A DNA stretch of 63,901 nt, filler included, from Reclinomonas americana ATCC 50394 (taxonomy: Eukaryota): NCBI GenBank assembly GCA_048213135.1. It is 19 parts of 19 records of this genome, joined end to end, with 100 filler letters (N's around TTAATTAATTAA, not from the genome) between each part and the next. Parts side by side here need not be neighbours in the genome. Positions count along the whole stretch, not along the records: positions 19,821 to 30,921 come from AFZH01019046.1; positions 31,022 to 34,985 come from AFZH01019047.1; positions 35,086 to 36,747 come from AFZH01019049.1; positions 36,848 to 38,610 come from AFZH01019051.1; positions 38,711 to 40,546 come from AFZH01019053.1; positions 40,647 to 42,092 come from AFZH01019054.1; positions 42,193 to 43,400 come from AFZH01019056.1; positions 43,501 to 46,274 come from AFZH01019057.1; 11 more parts are not named here. One strand, written 5' to 3'. Positions 24,272 to 45,562 of the stretch are shown here, piece by piece. The notes beneath the pieces are model-generated. The model searched no databases. It had not been told where the DNA came from and worked only from the letters and a program-made list of their open reading frames with translations. The translations under genes were made by a program, and so were the position numbers. The stretch's first letter is position 1. Each line of letters opens with the position of its first letter.

Positions 24272-27200
24272 TCTTCTTCTTCTCCTCTTGCTCCTCCTCC
24301 TCCTCCTCCTTCCCCTTCCTTCCCCCTCCTCCTCCTCACCCCTCACCCCCCTCCTTCCCCTTCTTCCCCCTCACCCCCTCCTTCCCCTTCTTCCCCCTCA
24401 CCCCTTCCCCTCTTTGCCTCCCTCTCACAGGCTCCTCCTTTGCCGACTCCACCGCCCCCCGCATGAGCGCCCTCGAATCCCGCCTTAACGAACTCGCCCA
24501 ACTCGGCGTGGCTGTGGTGCCCGCCCGCGCCTCCGTCGCCCCCATGCCTGCATCATCCGCCGCTGCGCAACCCTCCGCAGCAGGACGCGGCTCCTCCTCC
24601 TCCTCCTCGGCATCCTCCGCATCTCGGTTCGTGAGAATCCTTCCCGTTGCTTCCAATCCAAGTCACTCACTTTGTCCCTGCGCAGTGCCGTGTCGGGAGG
24701 CTCTGGTCATTCGCCACACGCTCGTCGCTCGGCTGGCGGCAGCACCGGTCGTCTGCAGCAGCAAGGAATGGACGCGCTGGAGCCCACTGATGAGGACGAC
24801 GACGACGCGGAGGTGAACCATCGAAAAACTCCAGCGTCACTCTGCAAACTCAATTCTCACCTTCACTGGTCGCAGCTCGATGACGACGACGGCGCTGACA
24901 CCCCGAGCAACTTGGGTGGCCGCCGCGGCTCGTCAAGTGGCCCCTCGCGAGCCAACGCCTGTGCGCCATCCCTTTGCTCTCACGCGATACTCCCTTCTGT
25001 GCCTCTGTCTCACCTCTCACTCCCCTCCTCGCGACAGCCGATTTGCACGACATTCTCAGTCAGCACTTTACCTGCTTCATCTGCCTCGACCAGGTGCAAG
25101 ACGCGCACCTCTGTCCATGCTGCTCCAAAATCGGCTGCTACGAGTGCATTCGGGTGAGTACTGGCCACTCTGATTGGGAAAAGCGCTATTCCGCGTCACT
25201 CACCTTGTGCACGCACAGAAATGGATCACCGACCAACCCAACTGCCCGCACTGCCGCTCCCCGCTGCGTCTCTCACAACTCGTCAAATGTCGCTTCGTGA
25301 ACGAGCTGTCGGAAGATGTCGCCCGTCTCACTCGCGCACAGCAAGAGGAACGGAAGCGACAGCGGAGAGCCAAGCGGCAGGTTTGCTTGTGTCTCGTAAC
25401 GTGCGATCAGGGAATGAGTCTCACTCACTCTGCGTGGTGGTGGTGGCGATGGCAGGCCTCCCGCGCAGAAGAAGCCGGCTCCTCCTCGGCCCCGTCGTCC
25501 TCCTCCAACCAAGCGGCAGTCGGCGCCGCCGAGCAATGCACCAATCACCGCCTGCCGCTGTACTACTTTTGCAAGACGTGCGCCACCGCCGTCTGCTCCG
25601 ATTGCGCCATGTTTGACGAGGCGCACAAGAAGCACGAGTTTGAACACATTGATGCGGTGTACGAGCGGCACGTGCAGCTGGTGACGTCGGAGGTGTCGTC
25701 GCTGGAGCGGCGGTATCGCGAGTTGACGAATTTGCTGGGGTGCGTGGGGTGGGAAAGAAGTGAGATGCGCTCCTCAAGCAGAGTTGACATATCTTCGCCT
25801 TTTTCTCCCCGTGATGTACCTCTTTGCTGTTCATTAACTCTCTACCCTCCACCTTTTCCTCTTTGCAGCGGCGTCGAAGGTACCATCAGCTCCGTCACCC
25901 GCGCCAAGGAATGCACCGTCGACCAACTGCGCTTGTCATTCGAGGGCATGCTGCAGCGGCTCGACGCACAACTCAAGGCCAAATTGCTGACCCTCCTCGG
26001 TGTGTTTCTTCGTGTCCTTTCTCTCTGTTTCATTCTCTATTCGCTCACCGCCCTCGACGCAGGTCAAAAGGGCGCCATGTGCGAGGAACTAGAATTGTTG
26101 GAGGGCGTGATGGAGGAGGTCAGCAGGCAGCTGTCCAAGTCCACCAAGGCCTCGTTCATCCAAAAGACGCCAAGCCTCGTGAACATGTTGCAAGAGGTGC
26201 GTCGTGCTTCACTCCGCCCTCTGCCGTCCATCTCCTAAACCCACCATCCTTCTTCCAACAGCTGCAAATGAAGCCGACCACCCGACTCGTGCAGACGCGC
26301 GTCGACTGCGAGTTCGCCAGCGAAGTGGTGCCGACGTACGACAGCGCCGTGTTTGAGATCACCAATTTCAGCGAGTTGCAGAACACGGTGGAGGTGTTGT
26401 ATTCGCCGCCGCTGCAGGCCAATGGGCTGACGTGGAGGTTGAAGGTGTACCCGAATGGTGAGTGGCTGTGGGGGGAAAGGGAAGGGGGTGGGAGGGAGAG
26501 GGATGGAGAAGGGAGGTGCTCGGAGCTTGCGTTTCCGTTTGTTCTACTCTGAAGAAGAGGGACGCAAGGGGTGAGAGAGAAGAGGAGGGGTAGAAGGAGA
26601 GGCAAAACAATAGGATTGGGCGATGGCAGTGTGCGGCGAGACGACATGGAACTGAATGTGGTCACACGAAGAGCCAAGAAATTAGTACCAAAAGAAACTG
26701 TGAAAGAGGGGGCAGCGACTGCGATGACACAGCGAGAAGAAGAAACAGGTGCAGATTCCGTGAAGATGTGGAACAAAGAGACTGACACGAGAGAAAATGG
26801 ATGAATGGAACTGGGGTGACGATGAAGTGCAACTGAGAAGAGATGAAGCTAACCACTCATCGCCCCTCCTACTATGCCTCAAGCTTTCCTTCTCTTTCGA
26901 CTGTCCACTTCTTCGCGCTCTTATCTTCCTCCCTTCTCCCTGTCTTCCTCTTCCTCTTTCCTCTCTCCTTCCTCACCTTCCTCACCTTCCTCCCTTCCTC
27001 TCTCTCTCTCCTTTTCTTCCTCTCCCTCTCCCTTCTTCTCCTCTCTTCCTCTCCTTCCTCCCTTCCTCTCTCTCCTTTTCTTCCTCTCCCTCTCCCTTCT
27101 TCTCCTTCCTCTCCTTTCTCTCCTACCTTTACTTCCTCCCCCTTCCTCTCCTTTCTCTTTCCCCTCTCCTCCCCTCTCCTCCCCTCTCCTTCCTCCTCTT

Positions 27201-30200
27201 CCTCTCCTTTCCTCTCCTTTCCTCTCCTTTCCTCTCCATTCCTCTCCTTCCTCCTCTTCCTCTCCTTTCCTCTCCATTCCTCTCCATTCCTCTCTTTCCT
27301 CTCTTTCCACTCCTTCCTCTCCTTCCTCTCCTTCCTCTCCTCCCTCTTCTCCCTTCCCCCTTTCCCTTCCCCTTTCCCTTCTCTCACTCCTTCCCCCTCA
27401 CGCAGGCAACGGCAACGCCAAGCAAACCTACCTCAGCGTCTTCCTCGAGCTGCTCAAGGGAGTCAACGAGCCGACCAAATACGAGTACAAGATCGAAATG
27501 GTCCGCCCGCCCCGTGCAATCCTCTCCCCTTTCTCCCTTTCCCTGAAACACTCATCCCCCATCCCAGATCAACCACGTCGACCCCACCCAATGCGTGGTC
27601 CGTGAGTTCTGCTCGGATTTCGAGGTCGGCGAGTGCTGGGGCTACAATCGCTTCTTCCGCTTGGATCTGTTGGAGAGTGAGGGCTATCTGATCACCGACA
27701 GACGTGCCGCCTCGATGGCACAAGCGGCCGCCAGTGTCGCGGTGAGTGCCGCTGTCGAAGCAAAAACACAGGTTTAATTCGATTCTCATGACTCAAAACA
27801 CGCAGTCGGAGCAAGACGGCGGCGATGACAGGCGCGGCTCTTTGCACTCTTTTATCTTCTCACCGTCGCTGAATCTCACTGGCTTGCATCACACAGACCT
27901 GGTGTGGATCGCGATCGACGGCAGTCTGCCGCAGCCGGTTCGGCTGCATCCTCGGCGGCGGCGGCGGCTGGCTCCTCCATCACGGCGCCGCGTGAAACGC
28001 TGGTACTGCGCTTCCACGTGCGCCCCCCGACGTACTTCCAGCAGTGCATGGACATGAAGCGATACATTTCCACCATGGAGGGTCAGCGCATCCAGATTCA
28101 CCGCAAGGTCTGTGCGTCGATACTGGTGACTTGCACCACACGCTGACCAGCTTCCTCCGCTGCAGATAAGCACGATGGAGAAGGAACTGAAGGCGCTGAA
28201 GCTCGGTGAGTGCCGCAGTTACCGCACGGCACCGTTGTGTTTCTACTCACATCGCAATTTTTTAGCTCACGGGCTTCCACTCGGCGACGCGCCTGGCGAC
28301 GGCGATGGCAGTGAACCAATGGGCGACTCACCACCGCCAGTACCGTCGCCGGAGATGGGAGGCGGCGATGACAGCGAACAATTCACCGAGGTGGCAGACG
28401 ATGCGGCGGGTCTCGCGGCATCTGCAGAGGTTGAGTGCGCGCTTGTGGCCTGCACACGCCGCAGTTTGCTTGCATATCTCACACACGACAAACAGAGACA
28501 TGCGGGCGAGAGGCGGTCAAGTATTTCCTCGTCGAGTTCACGATATCCGGCCTCCTCCGCGACTTCCTCGTCGGCATCACAGGCGCACCAGGAGCAGGTC
28601 CGTTCTGTGCTATCGTTTCTCCCCGTCACTCTCATGCTCACCCGTGCGCTGCATTTTTCACTGCACAGCTCTTGTCACCACCGCGGAGCGACAGAAACGC
28701 GGCGGCAGCGGCGGCAAGCCGGTCGCCACCAACTGCACCAACGAATGTGCAAGCAGAATCGGCTGCCGTTGCGTGGTATTGACAAGGACTCTCCTGCTTC
28801 TGCCTCTCACATTGCCCTCTCTCTCTCCCTCGCTCTATCAACAGGCCGGCGACTCTCGCGCGACGACTCACGCCCGCGCAGGCATGTTTTCGCTCCCATT
28901 TTTTGCATGCCTTCATGCATCCACTCGTCTCACCTAGCAGCAGGTCTTGCGTGGGGTTCCTTCTCCTCGTCGGATTCGGAGGGTGAAATCTACGGCGATT
29001 TTGAGCAGGAGAACGACAGCCATGTGCCAACCATCTCAACGCGGCTCACCGACGAAGTGGATTTGTCGGCGCTGCCGTCGTCGGCGTTGGCGCAGATGCA
29101 ACAGCAGCAGCAGCAACAGTGCGTGTGACGGGAGAGAGAGTGGCAGGAAGCACTGCACGCCGAAGCCTTTTCTCTTCGCTCGGTCGCTCCATCGAAGAGC
29201 ACAAGAGTCTGTCGCCTCTGTTTATCGCCTTCCACCTTCTTTCCGCTTGTTGTGTCACTGTGTCACTCGTCGTTCTCGCCCTTATGTAGTCGCTGCGCTT
29301 CTCTTGCTCCGTTTCTATCCTCGCACAATTCGCCATTGGTCCACGCGACACGATACGTCGCTGCGCTTGCTCCTGTTCTACGTTTTTGTTGTGTCGCTCA
29401 GGCGCCCCTGCTGCGCATATCGTTCCCGCCCTCAAGTAGTCGCTGCGCTTCGCTCGCTCCGTTTCTCTCTCTTACAATTCGCCCTGTTGGACCACGCGAG
29501 ATGAGGCGTCGCTGCGCTTGCTCGTGTTCAATCTCTTTGGGGTGTCCTCTTGTCGTTCTCGCCCTTAAGTTGTCGCTGCACTTCGTATCTCTCACAATTC
29601 GTCGATGCGTCGCTGCGCTCGTTCTTGTCCAATCTCTTCGCTGTGTCGCTCAGTTGGTGTGTTTGTCATTCTCTTTCTTCGCGCGTAGTCGCTGTGCGAC
29701 TCCCTTTCACTTGCTCAACTCGACCAGGATAGTCGCTGCGCTCGCTACACTCGCTCGCTCCCTTTGATTCTTGATCTCGCTTCACGCAACTCTGTCTCTC
29801 ACTTTCGGTTATCTTACTTCGTTGCAACTTCACTTGGCTTACCAAGTCGCTGCGCTCGCTTCGCTCGCTCGCTCCCTCTCACTCTTCTCTTGCAGCAACC
29901 ACCACGACTCCGTACTGGTCATGGAGGAGGACGACGAGAGCGGCGACGAACAGAGCCCCCCACCTCAAACCATGGAAGTGCGACTGCACTCTGGCGACGC
30001 CGCCGGCAGCGACCTCAGTGATCAGGATCACGACGAGGAATTTGCGCAGGCGGCTCACCAGCTCCTGGACGACGACGACGATGACCTGCTGCTTGACGAT
30101 GGAGGCGAGTACCACGACGAGTACGAGACGCACGCCACCGACGACGCAACGGCGTACGCACTGCCTTCGTCCTCCTCGTCGACCATGCCAGCGGCCCATG

Positions 30201-30815
30201 TTGCGCTACCGTCACGAGTGCGTGTGAGGCCACGTGAAGACTCACTGCGAAAATCCACACAGCACGCACAAGCTCTCCCCGTGCTCCCGTCTCCACCGCG
30301 TCCACTCAATGTTCGACCCCCACCACCGTTGCGTGGCCCTTTGTTTCCCCTCCTCCTCCTCCTCCTCCTCGCGTCTCACGATTGAAACACAGCGACTCTG
30401 TGGAAGCACGCTCCGCGGCGGCAGCTGCAGGTCGCGCAGGTGCGTCTCCCCCGCGTTCATGTCTCCTTTCCCCATTCCTCCCGTCTCATCCCTTTCCCCT
30501 CCTCCAACAGCGCTCGTCGCCGGCGTCCCACAACCACAACTCGCTCCTCCGCACGTGCTGGTGCATCAGGCCAGTGCCGGCGCGCTGGCGTCGATCCAGG
30601 GTGCCATCACGGTGTCGCCGGGTCTGCAGACGCCGTCGCGAAACCTCCCGTTGTCGCGCCCAGTGAACCGCGAGAGTGAGCCGTCGCCGAGCGCACCACG
30701 CCGCCCGTCGTCACGCTCGTCGGGGGTGAGTGAGTCCTTTGTGGCAATGTGCACCGGGAAGAGATGATCTCAACTGTGCATCTCTTTGCAGTCACGCTCG
30801 GCGCCCGACCAATAA
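23529..30815 (+). CDS. TRIM37: TRIM37-like E3 ligase (RING, B-box, coiled coil, MATH, acidic disordered tail)
   Basis: [40 protein letters not shown] (RING); CTNH..YFCKTC..CSDC..H..H (B-box); [73 protein letters not shown] (TRIM37 MATH). Confidence 0.95.
29285..29875 (+). repeat. Intronic conserved-core array (locus 3, TRIM37 intron), more degenerate
   Basis: Repeated GTCGCTGCGC(T) cores, including full AGTCGCTGCGCTTCGCTCGCTCC at ~29438. Confidence 0.82.
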
Positions 30816-31021
30816 GCACCACCGCACCCTCGCCCAATGATTGTCACATTATGAAACACACAAATTCTCTTGTTGTTGCAGTTTATTTACTTCTATGCAT
30901 TCTCTCCTTCCGATTACAATCNNNNNNNNNNNNNNNNNNNNNNNNNNNNNNNNNNNNNNNNNNNNTTAATTAATTAANNNNNNNNNNNNNNNNNNNNNNN
31001 NNNNNNNNNNNNNNNNNNNNN

Positions 31022-31837
31022 CTGGTAGCCCACACACTCAAAGTAGTTCGGCGGGAACACCGTGTCGGTGTCGCACGAGGTGCAGATCATGGCCTCGCGA
31101 TCCAACTCGCCGCGATCGGCCAACCGCTGCACCACCTGCCGCCACGCGTAGTTGCTGTTGCTGCACGAGCCCGGCCGCTCCATGGGACACCAGTTGCGCG
31201 GATGCCGCGTCACCACCAGATCGTGAAACACGCCGTCAAACTCGGCATAGAACGCCGCATCGTACTCGGCCGGCGAGCCCTCCTCCAACCCGACGACCAC
31301 CACCAAATCGCGCACCACACTCTGCACACGCAGCGAGTTGATTGTGCTAAACATGAGCTCCAGCGGCTCCTTGTAGCCTCGCATCAGCACGAGGTGCTTG
31401 AGGCGCGCCGCACGCGAGTCACCCGCCGGATACAGCGCTCTCCACGAGGTCACCTTGCGCGCGGCATACAACTTGCTCATCACACGAATGCACGTGCACG
31501 CCGTGTACAACAGCACCGCGCTGCCATACAACTGCATCACCATCACGAACTGGAGGCCGGACTTGCACGCCAGCGGCAGCAGGTAGAAGGGGAGGAGAGG
31601 GAGACCAAACACAAAGAGAACTGTCCACAGAATCGACCAGCGCACGTAGGCTTGCACGGGCTTCTCGCCGCGTGTGGGTCGCACGTAAAAGTCTTGTTGG
31701 TAGGCTTGCTCGGAGGCGTGGCGGCCGAGAGTGGCGGCGCGACGCATGACAGCGCTACTCGCGCCACTGCTCCAACTGCGAGTGGAGCGCGTCTCCGAGA
31801 GCGCTTGCTCGCGGGGGGTGAGGAGCGGGTTGTCCAT
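31022..31837 (-). CDS. Membrane GT2-like glycosyltransferase, single visible exon, 3' end in gap
   Basis: Two N-terminal hydrophobic segments, HLVLMRGYKEP..STINSL, VVVGLEE, TRHP..ERPGSCSNSNYA, and a DxD motif (CDTDTVFP). Confidence 0.75.
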
Positions 31838-32270
31838 GGGTGGAGGGAGGAGGGGAAAGGGTGCGTGCGTGTGCACGTGTGTGAAGGGAAAGGGGTGGGG
31901 GTCGGTGATTTTTCGGTCTCGTCGGAGTGTATTTCCGACAGATTGAATGCAGTGCAGTGCAGCAGTCGTCGAAACTGCAGTCAAAAGAGGGGGCGAAAGA
32001 GGGAGGGACGGTGGTGGGTCCGGAGGTGAGAGGGTGGTGGTGAGACACAGTAAGAATTCGAACATGACAGCGTGCTGCGCGGAGTTGCGCACTGGAAGCA
32101 GAACGGTACGTGCACTGCAGCACTGATTATGAACCTTCGATATTCGTCATCGAGTGGATAGTGGCTGCAGCAGCGAGCCCACTGCAGGTCAAAGTCGACA
32201 GGAAAGGTTGCGATATCGCGATATCGAAATTCTAGAAAACCGCGACAACAACAACAACAACAACAACAAC

Positions 32271-32385
32271 TTCTAATCCAAACAGCAACACAGCTGCTTG
32301 ATGATCACCATCTTGAGTGAGCACCAGAAACTCAGACATCACGGAAAAAACGAGAAAAAGTCGAGATGGCTAATGCGCATGCGTC
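32271..32385 (-). repeat. Dispersed repeat copy (same family as 33650-34115 and 58403-58545)
   Basis: Reverse complement matches GCCATCTCGACTTTTTCTC..GTCTGAGTTTCTGGTGCTCACTCA..GCAGCTGTGTTGCTGTTTGGATTAG. Confidence 0.85.
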
Positions 32386-32700
32386 ATCAGCACTGTACCT
32401 TGGCGTTGATGCTCTGGTGGCGCAGTCAGACAGCTGCAGATTGCCGTCAGTCTGGATGCGCAGTCGAAGTCGAGATCGGGACTGAAGCTGGCGCGTCCAC
32501 TCCCAGTTTTGTCAAAACTCCGGATCCGAGCAAATGCATGCACTTCAAGACGTGACGTCAATCGAGGATATCAACGATGATGATGACACCACACGCAGGC
32601 GAGTCTGCTTGACGCCCTGCATCCAACACTGGCGTGCAACGAAGGCGTTTGTTGTCATGTTGTCCCGCATCTCCAATCCAATAAATACATTTGCTCGTCG

Positions 32701-33463
32701 ATGAGCGACGCACAGGGCGATTATCAGTTGCTTCCCCCACTCCCTCTCTCCCTCCCTCCCTCCCTCTCCTCTCGCCTCCACTCACTCCACCTCCCCCACA
32801 CGCACACACACACACAGCGTGGCGTTCCTGGCCACTCCGCCCACCACCACCACCACCTCCTCCTCGCGCTCCTGCTGGAGCGACTGCTACTGCTGCCCCG
32901 ACGCCTGCGGCTGCACCAGCACCCACTGGTGCCGCACCGCGCACTGCTGCTGCTGGCTGTTCTCCTGCGCGCCCTCCATGGCCGTGTGCACCGGCTGCGC
33001 CGCCTTCTTCTGCCCCTTCATGTGCTGCTGCTACACACTCGCCGGCGGGCCCTGCAGCGAGACCGTACGTGTGCTCACCCACACCGCGTGCTTCCCGTGT
33101 CGCTTCGCCCCGTGGCTGGTGTGGTCGTGGATGGACTCGTGCAACATCCTGTCCAAGTCCAACACCGACAATTGCTGCAAGGGATGCGATCCGCCGAGCC
33201 CCGGCGAGATTACCGTGGCCGGCCACAACTGCTGCTGCTGCAGTTGCTGTCAGGGCGATCAGCTGGCGGGCGCCGGCGCGATGATGGTGATTGTGCAGGC
33301 CGATCGTGAGGCCGCGGCTCCCAATGTGAAGCCGATGGGAGGTGGCGGAGGTGAGGTGGTGGCGGCGGCGGCGGCGGCGGCGGCTCCAGCAGAGTCGGCG
33401 ACGGACTTTTACGTGGACAAGAATGGAGTGAGGAGACCAATGCCGCCAATGAACAGGTGGTAG
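32701..33463 (+). CDS. Cysteine-rich protein of unknown function (2 exons)
   Basis: GC3-rich codons; exon 1 MSDAQGDY(H) splices in phase via GTTGCT...CAG (32817) to an ORF with 30 Cys in ~130 aa. Confidence 0.7.
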
Positions 33464-33649
33464 GGTAGGGAGGGGGGGGGGGGGGTCGGAAAAAGAGTGT
33501 GCATGTAGGTACAACTCATGATCATTCAAGCAACAACTGCTGCCTTGATGAGCAAGTCCAACCGTGACAGGCTCAAGCCAATTGCAAGTGAGAGCCGGGA
33601 GTCGCAAAAAAGGAACCAAGAGGGGGCGCATTATACGGCAGTTTCTCTT

Positions 33650-34115
33650 GCAGAAACGCCAGCATTTGCCGGCGCCATCTCGACTTTTCTCTCGCCGTTT
33701 CCGTGAGTTTAAGATCATCATGCAGCTGTGTTTGCTGCTTGGATTAGTAATAACCATGCTTGTCGACATGCCATGAGCGCGCAGCCGTGGTTTCTCTGCA
33801 GAAACGCGCGCCAGCATTTGCCATCTCGACTTTTTTCTCCCTTTTTTCCGAGAGATGTCTCAGTGGTGCTCACTCAAGATGCTGCTCATTGTGCAGCTGT
33901 GTTGCTGTTTGGATTAGTAATATCCATGCTTGGCATGAGCTCGAGCCGCACGCGTACGCGTGGTTTCGAATTCGAATTCGCAGTAAATTGTCTGCAGAAA
34001 CGCATGTGCGCGCCAGCATTTGCCATCTCGACTTTTTCTCACCGCTTAATGTCTGAGTTTCTGGTGCTCACTCACGATGCTGCTCATCATGCAGCTGCGT
34101 TGCTGTTTGGACTTG
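33650..34115 (+). repeat. Three diverged tandem copies of the dispersed repeat family
   Basis: CCAGCATTTGCCATCTCGACTTTT..GCAGCTG..TTGCTG.TTGGA units at ~33660, ~33811, ~34013. Confidence 0.85.
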
Positions 34116-34179
34116 CAAGTGCCCGTCCCTTTTGCATTTGAATTTTCACTCACTTTATTACTTTGTTTGCGTTTTGACA

Positions 34180-35682
<1,503 letters not shown>

Positions 35683-35879
35683 AGAGAGACCGGGAGTCGA
35701 TTTTTCCCTCCGCACTCCTTCTCCTTTTTTTACCACCCCCCACCCTCTTACGACTCTTCTTTATCTTTAGAAGGACGAGCCCCTGTCTCCGCATTCACCC
35801 CTCATGTTGATGAACGACGACAAAATTGTGTCTTCAGGTTCCGAATGTCAGTAGCTTCAATTTCCAGCATGCAAATTTG

Positions 35880-36720
35880 CAGTAGGCAACAGCAAATCGA
35901 CGATGTTCATAGTGATGAAGAAGATGAGGAGGATGTTGTGCTGGTAGAGCAATGCTCTCCAGCACGAACAGTATCGAAATCGAACAACTGCAAACATTGC
36001 TCTCAATAGCGCTAGTGAACAGCTTGCAAGAACGTCACAGTCGCTGGATGCACTCTGGATATACAACCATCGAAGGCGTTTCCTGGCTTGCAAAACACAC
36101 GATAACACACATGGCTTCCCGCGCATTTTTGACGGTTACGATTGCTCGCGCCTCCACTTGCACTCTCACAGCAAAACCTCCACCACAACAACAGCAAATC
36201 GACGATGATCACAGTGATGAAGACGATGCCGATGAAGAAGACGAGGAAGACGATGATGATGACGATGGTGATGTTGTGGTGCTTGAGCAATGTTCTCCGG
36301 CATGTACAGTATTTCAAAAAGTTTTCGATATCTAAATCGAACAAGTGCAAACATTGCTCTCAGAAGCGCAAGTGAACCGCTTGCGAGATCACAACAGTTG
36401 TAGCATCGTCTGTGTATACCACTAAGCTGTGCGTTTCCTGGTTTGCAAAACTTGTAATACCTGCAGGTCTTCCCGCGCATTTTTGACGGTTACGATTGCT
36501 CGCGCGCGTGAGTGACAGAATAGAACAGCACGATAGAAGGATGGCCTCACAAGGCGCTCACGTGCTTGTGCCCCCTCTGGCCCTCTCACGACTACTAGCA
36601 CCTCCACAAGAGCAACAACAACAGCATGATCACAGTGACGAAGACGATGTCGATGAAGAAGACGAGGAAGACGATGATGAAGACGATGACGATGATGATG
36701 ATGATGTTGTTGTGGTTCGT
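35880..36720 (+). pseudogene. Decayed, tandemly triplicated acidic + CxxC fragment, possibly a BED-finger/hAT transposase relic
   Basis: Three alignable units; frameshifted SPA-QYFKK..NKCKHC followed by WFAKLVIPAGLPAHF; stops and frameshifts. Confidence 0.35.
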
Positions 36721-37315
36721 GTAGGCGCGCCTTCCATGAGCAATGGGNNNNNNNNNNNNNNNNNNNNNNNNNNNNNNNNNNNNNNNNNNNNTTAATTAAT
36801 TAANNNNNNNNNNNNNNNNNNNNNNNNNNNNNNNNNNNNNNNNNNNNGTAGGGAACGAACTAGCTCTCCTCTCTCTCTCTCTCCTCCTCTCTCTCTCTCT
36901 CTCTCTATCTTTTCACAGCCTGTGCATATTCATCATTCTGACACCCTATCTGTGCAAATGCCCAACCCTCTTCTTCGTTCTCTTGATTTCTTATCCACAC
37001 CTCTGCAGTCCTTTCTTCCCCTGCTCATCCTTACTCGTACTTGACTTCTGATCCGTCATCCGTCGCCATCATATATTTGAAGAATACCCATGTCAGTTTC
37101 TTCATGTTACCTCCAGTATTCTCCCTCCTCACCCTTTCCCCCTCCCCCCTCCTCACCCTCACCTCTCTCTTCCTTTCTCTCCTCCTCCCCCCATCCCTCC
37201 TTTCCCGCCCACCTCCCCCAATTTCTCCGCTTATTCCCTCCCTTTCCCCCTTTCCCCCTTTACCCCCTTTCCCCCTGTACCCCCTTTCCTTCCCCTCACT
37301 TCCCCCCCTTCACAG

Positions 37316-45410
<8,095 letters not shown>

Positions 45411-45562
45411 ATGCGTTTACTTACAGTCCGAGCAATCGTGCGCGCGCGCGTGTGCGTGTCCGTGGGAGAGCACGCGTGGCCCCCCCTACCATACAGGCGA
45501 CTGTCGTGATTCCGTCGCAGTGGCGCATCGTCGTCCTGGCACGAGAAGGAGAAAGTGGGGTG

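Noticed and set aside
26797..27691. Ser/Pro/Leu/Phe-rich or Glu/Arg/Gly-rich ORFs (also near 21696, 23526, 39665, 55290, 56875)
   Set aside because: Translations of CT/GA microsatellite introns
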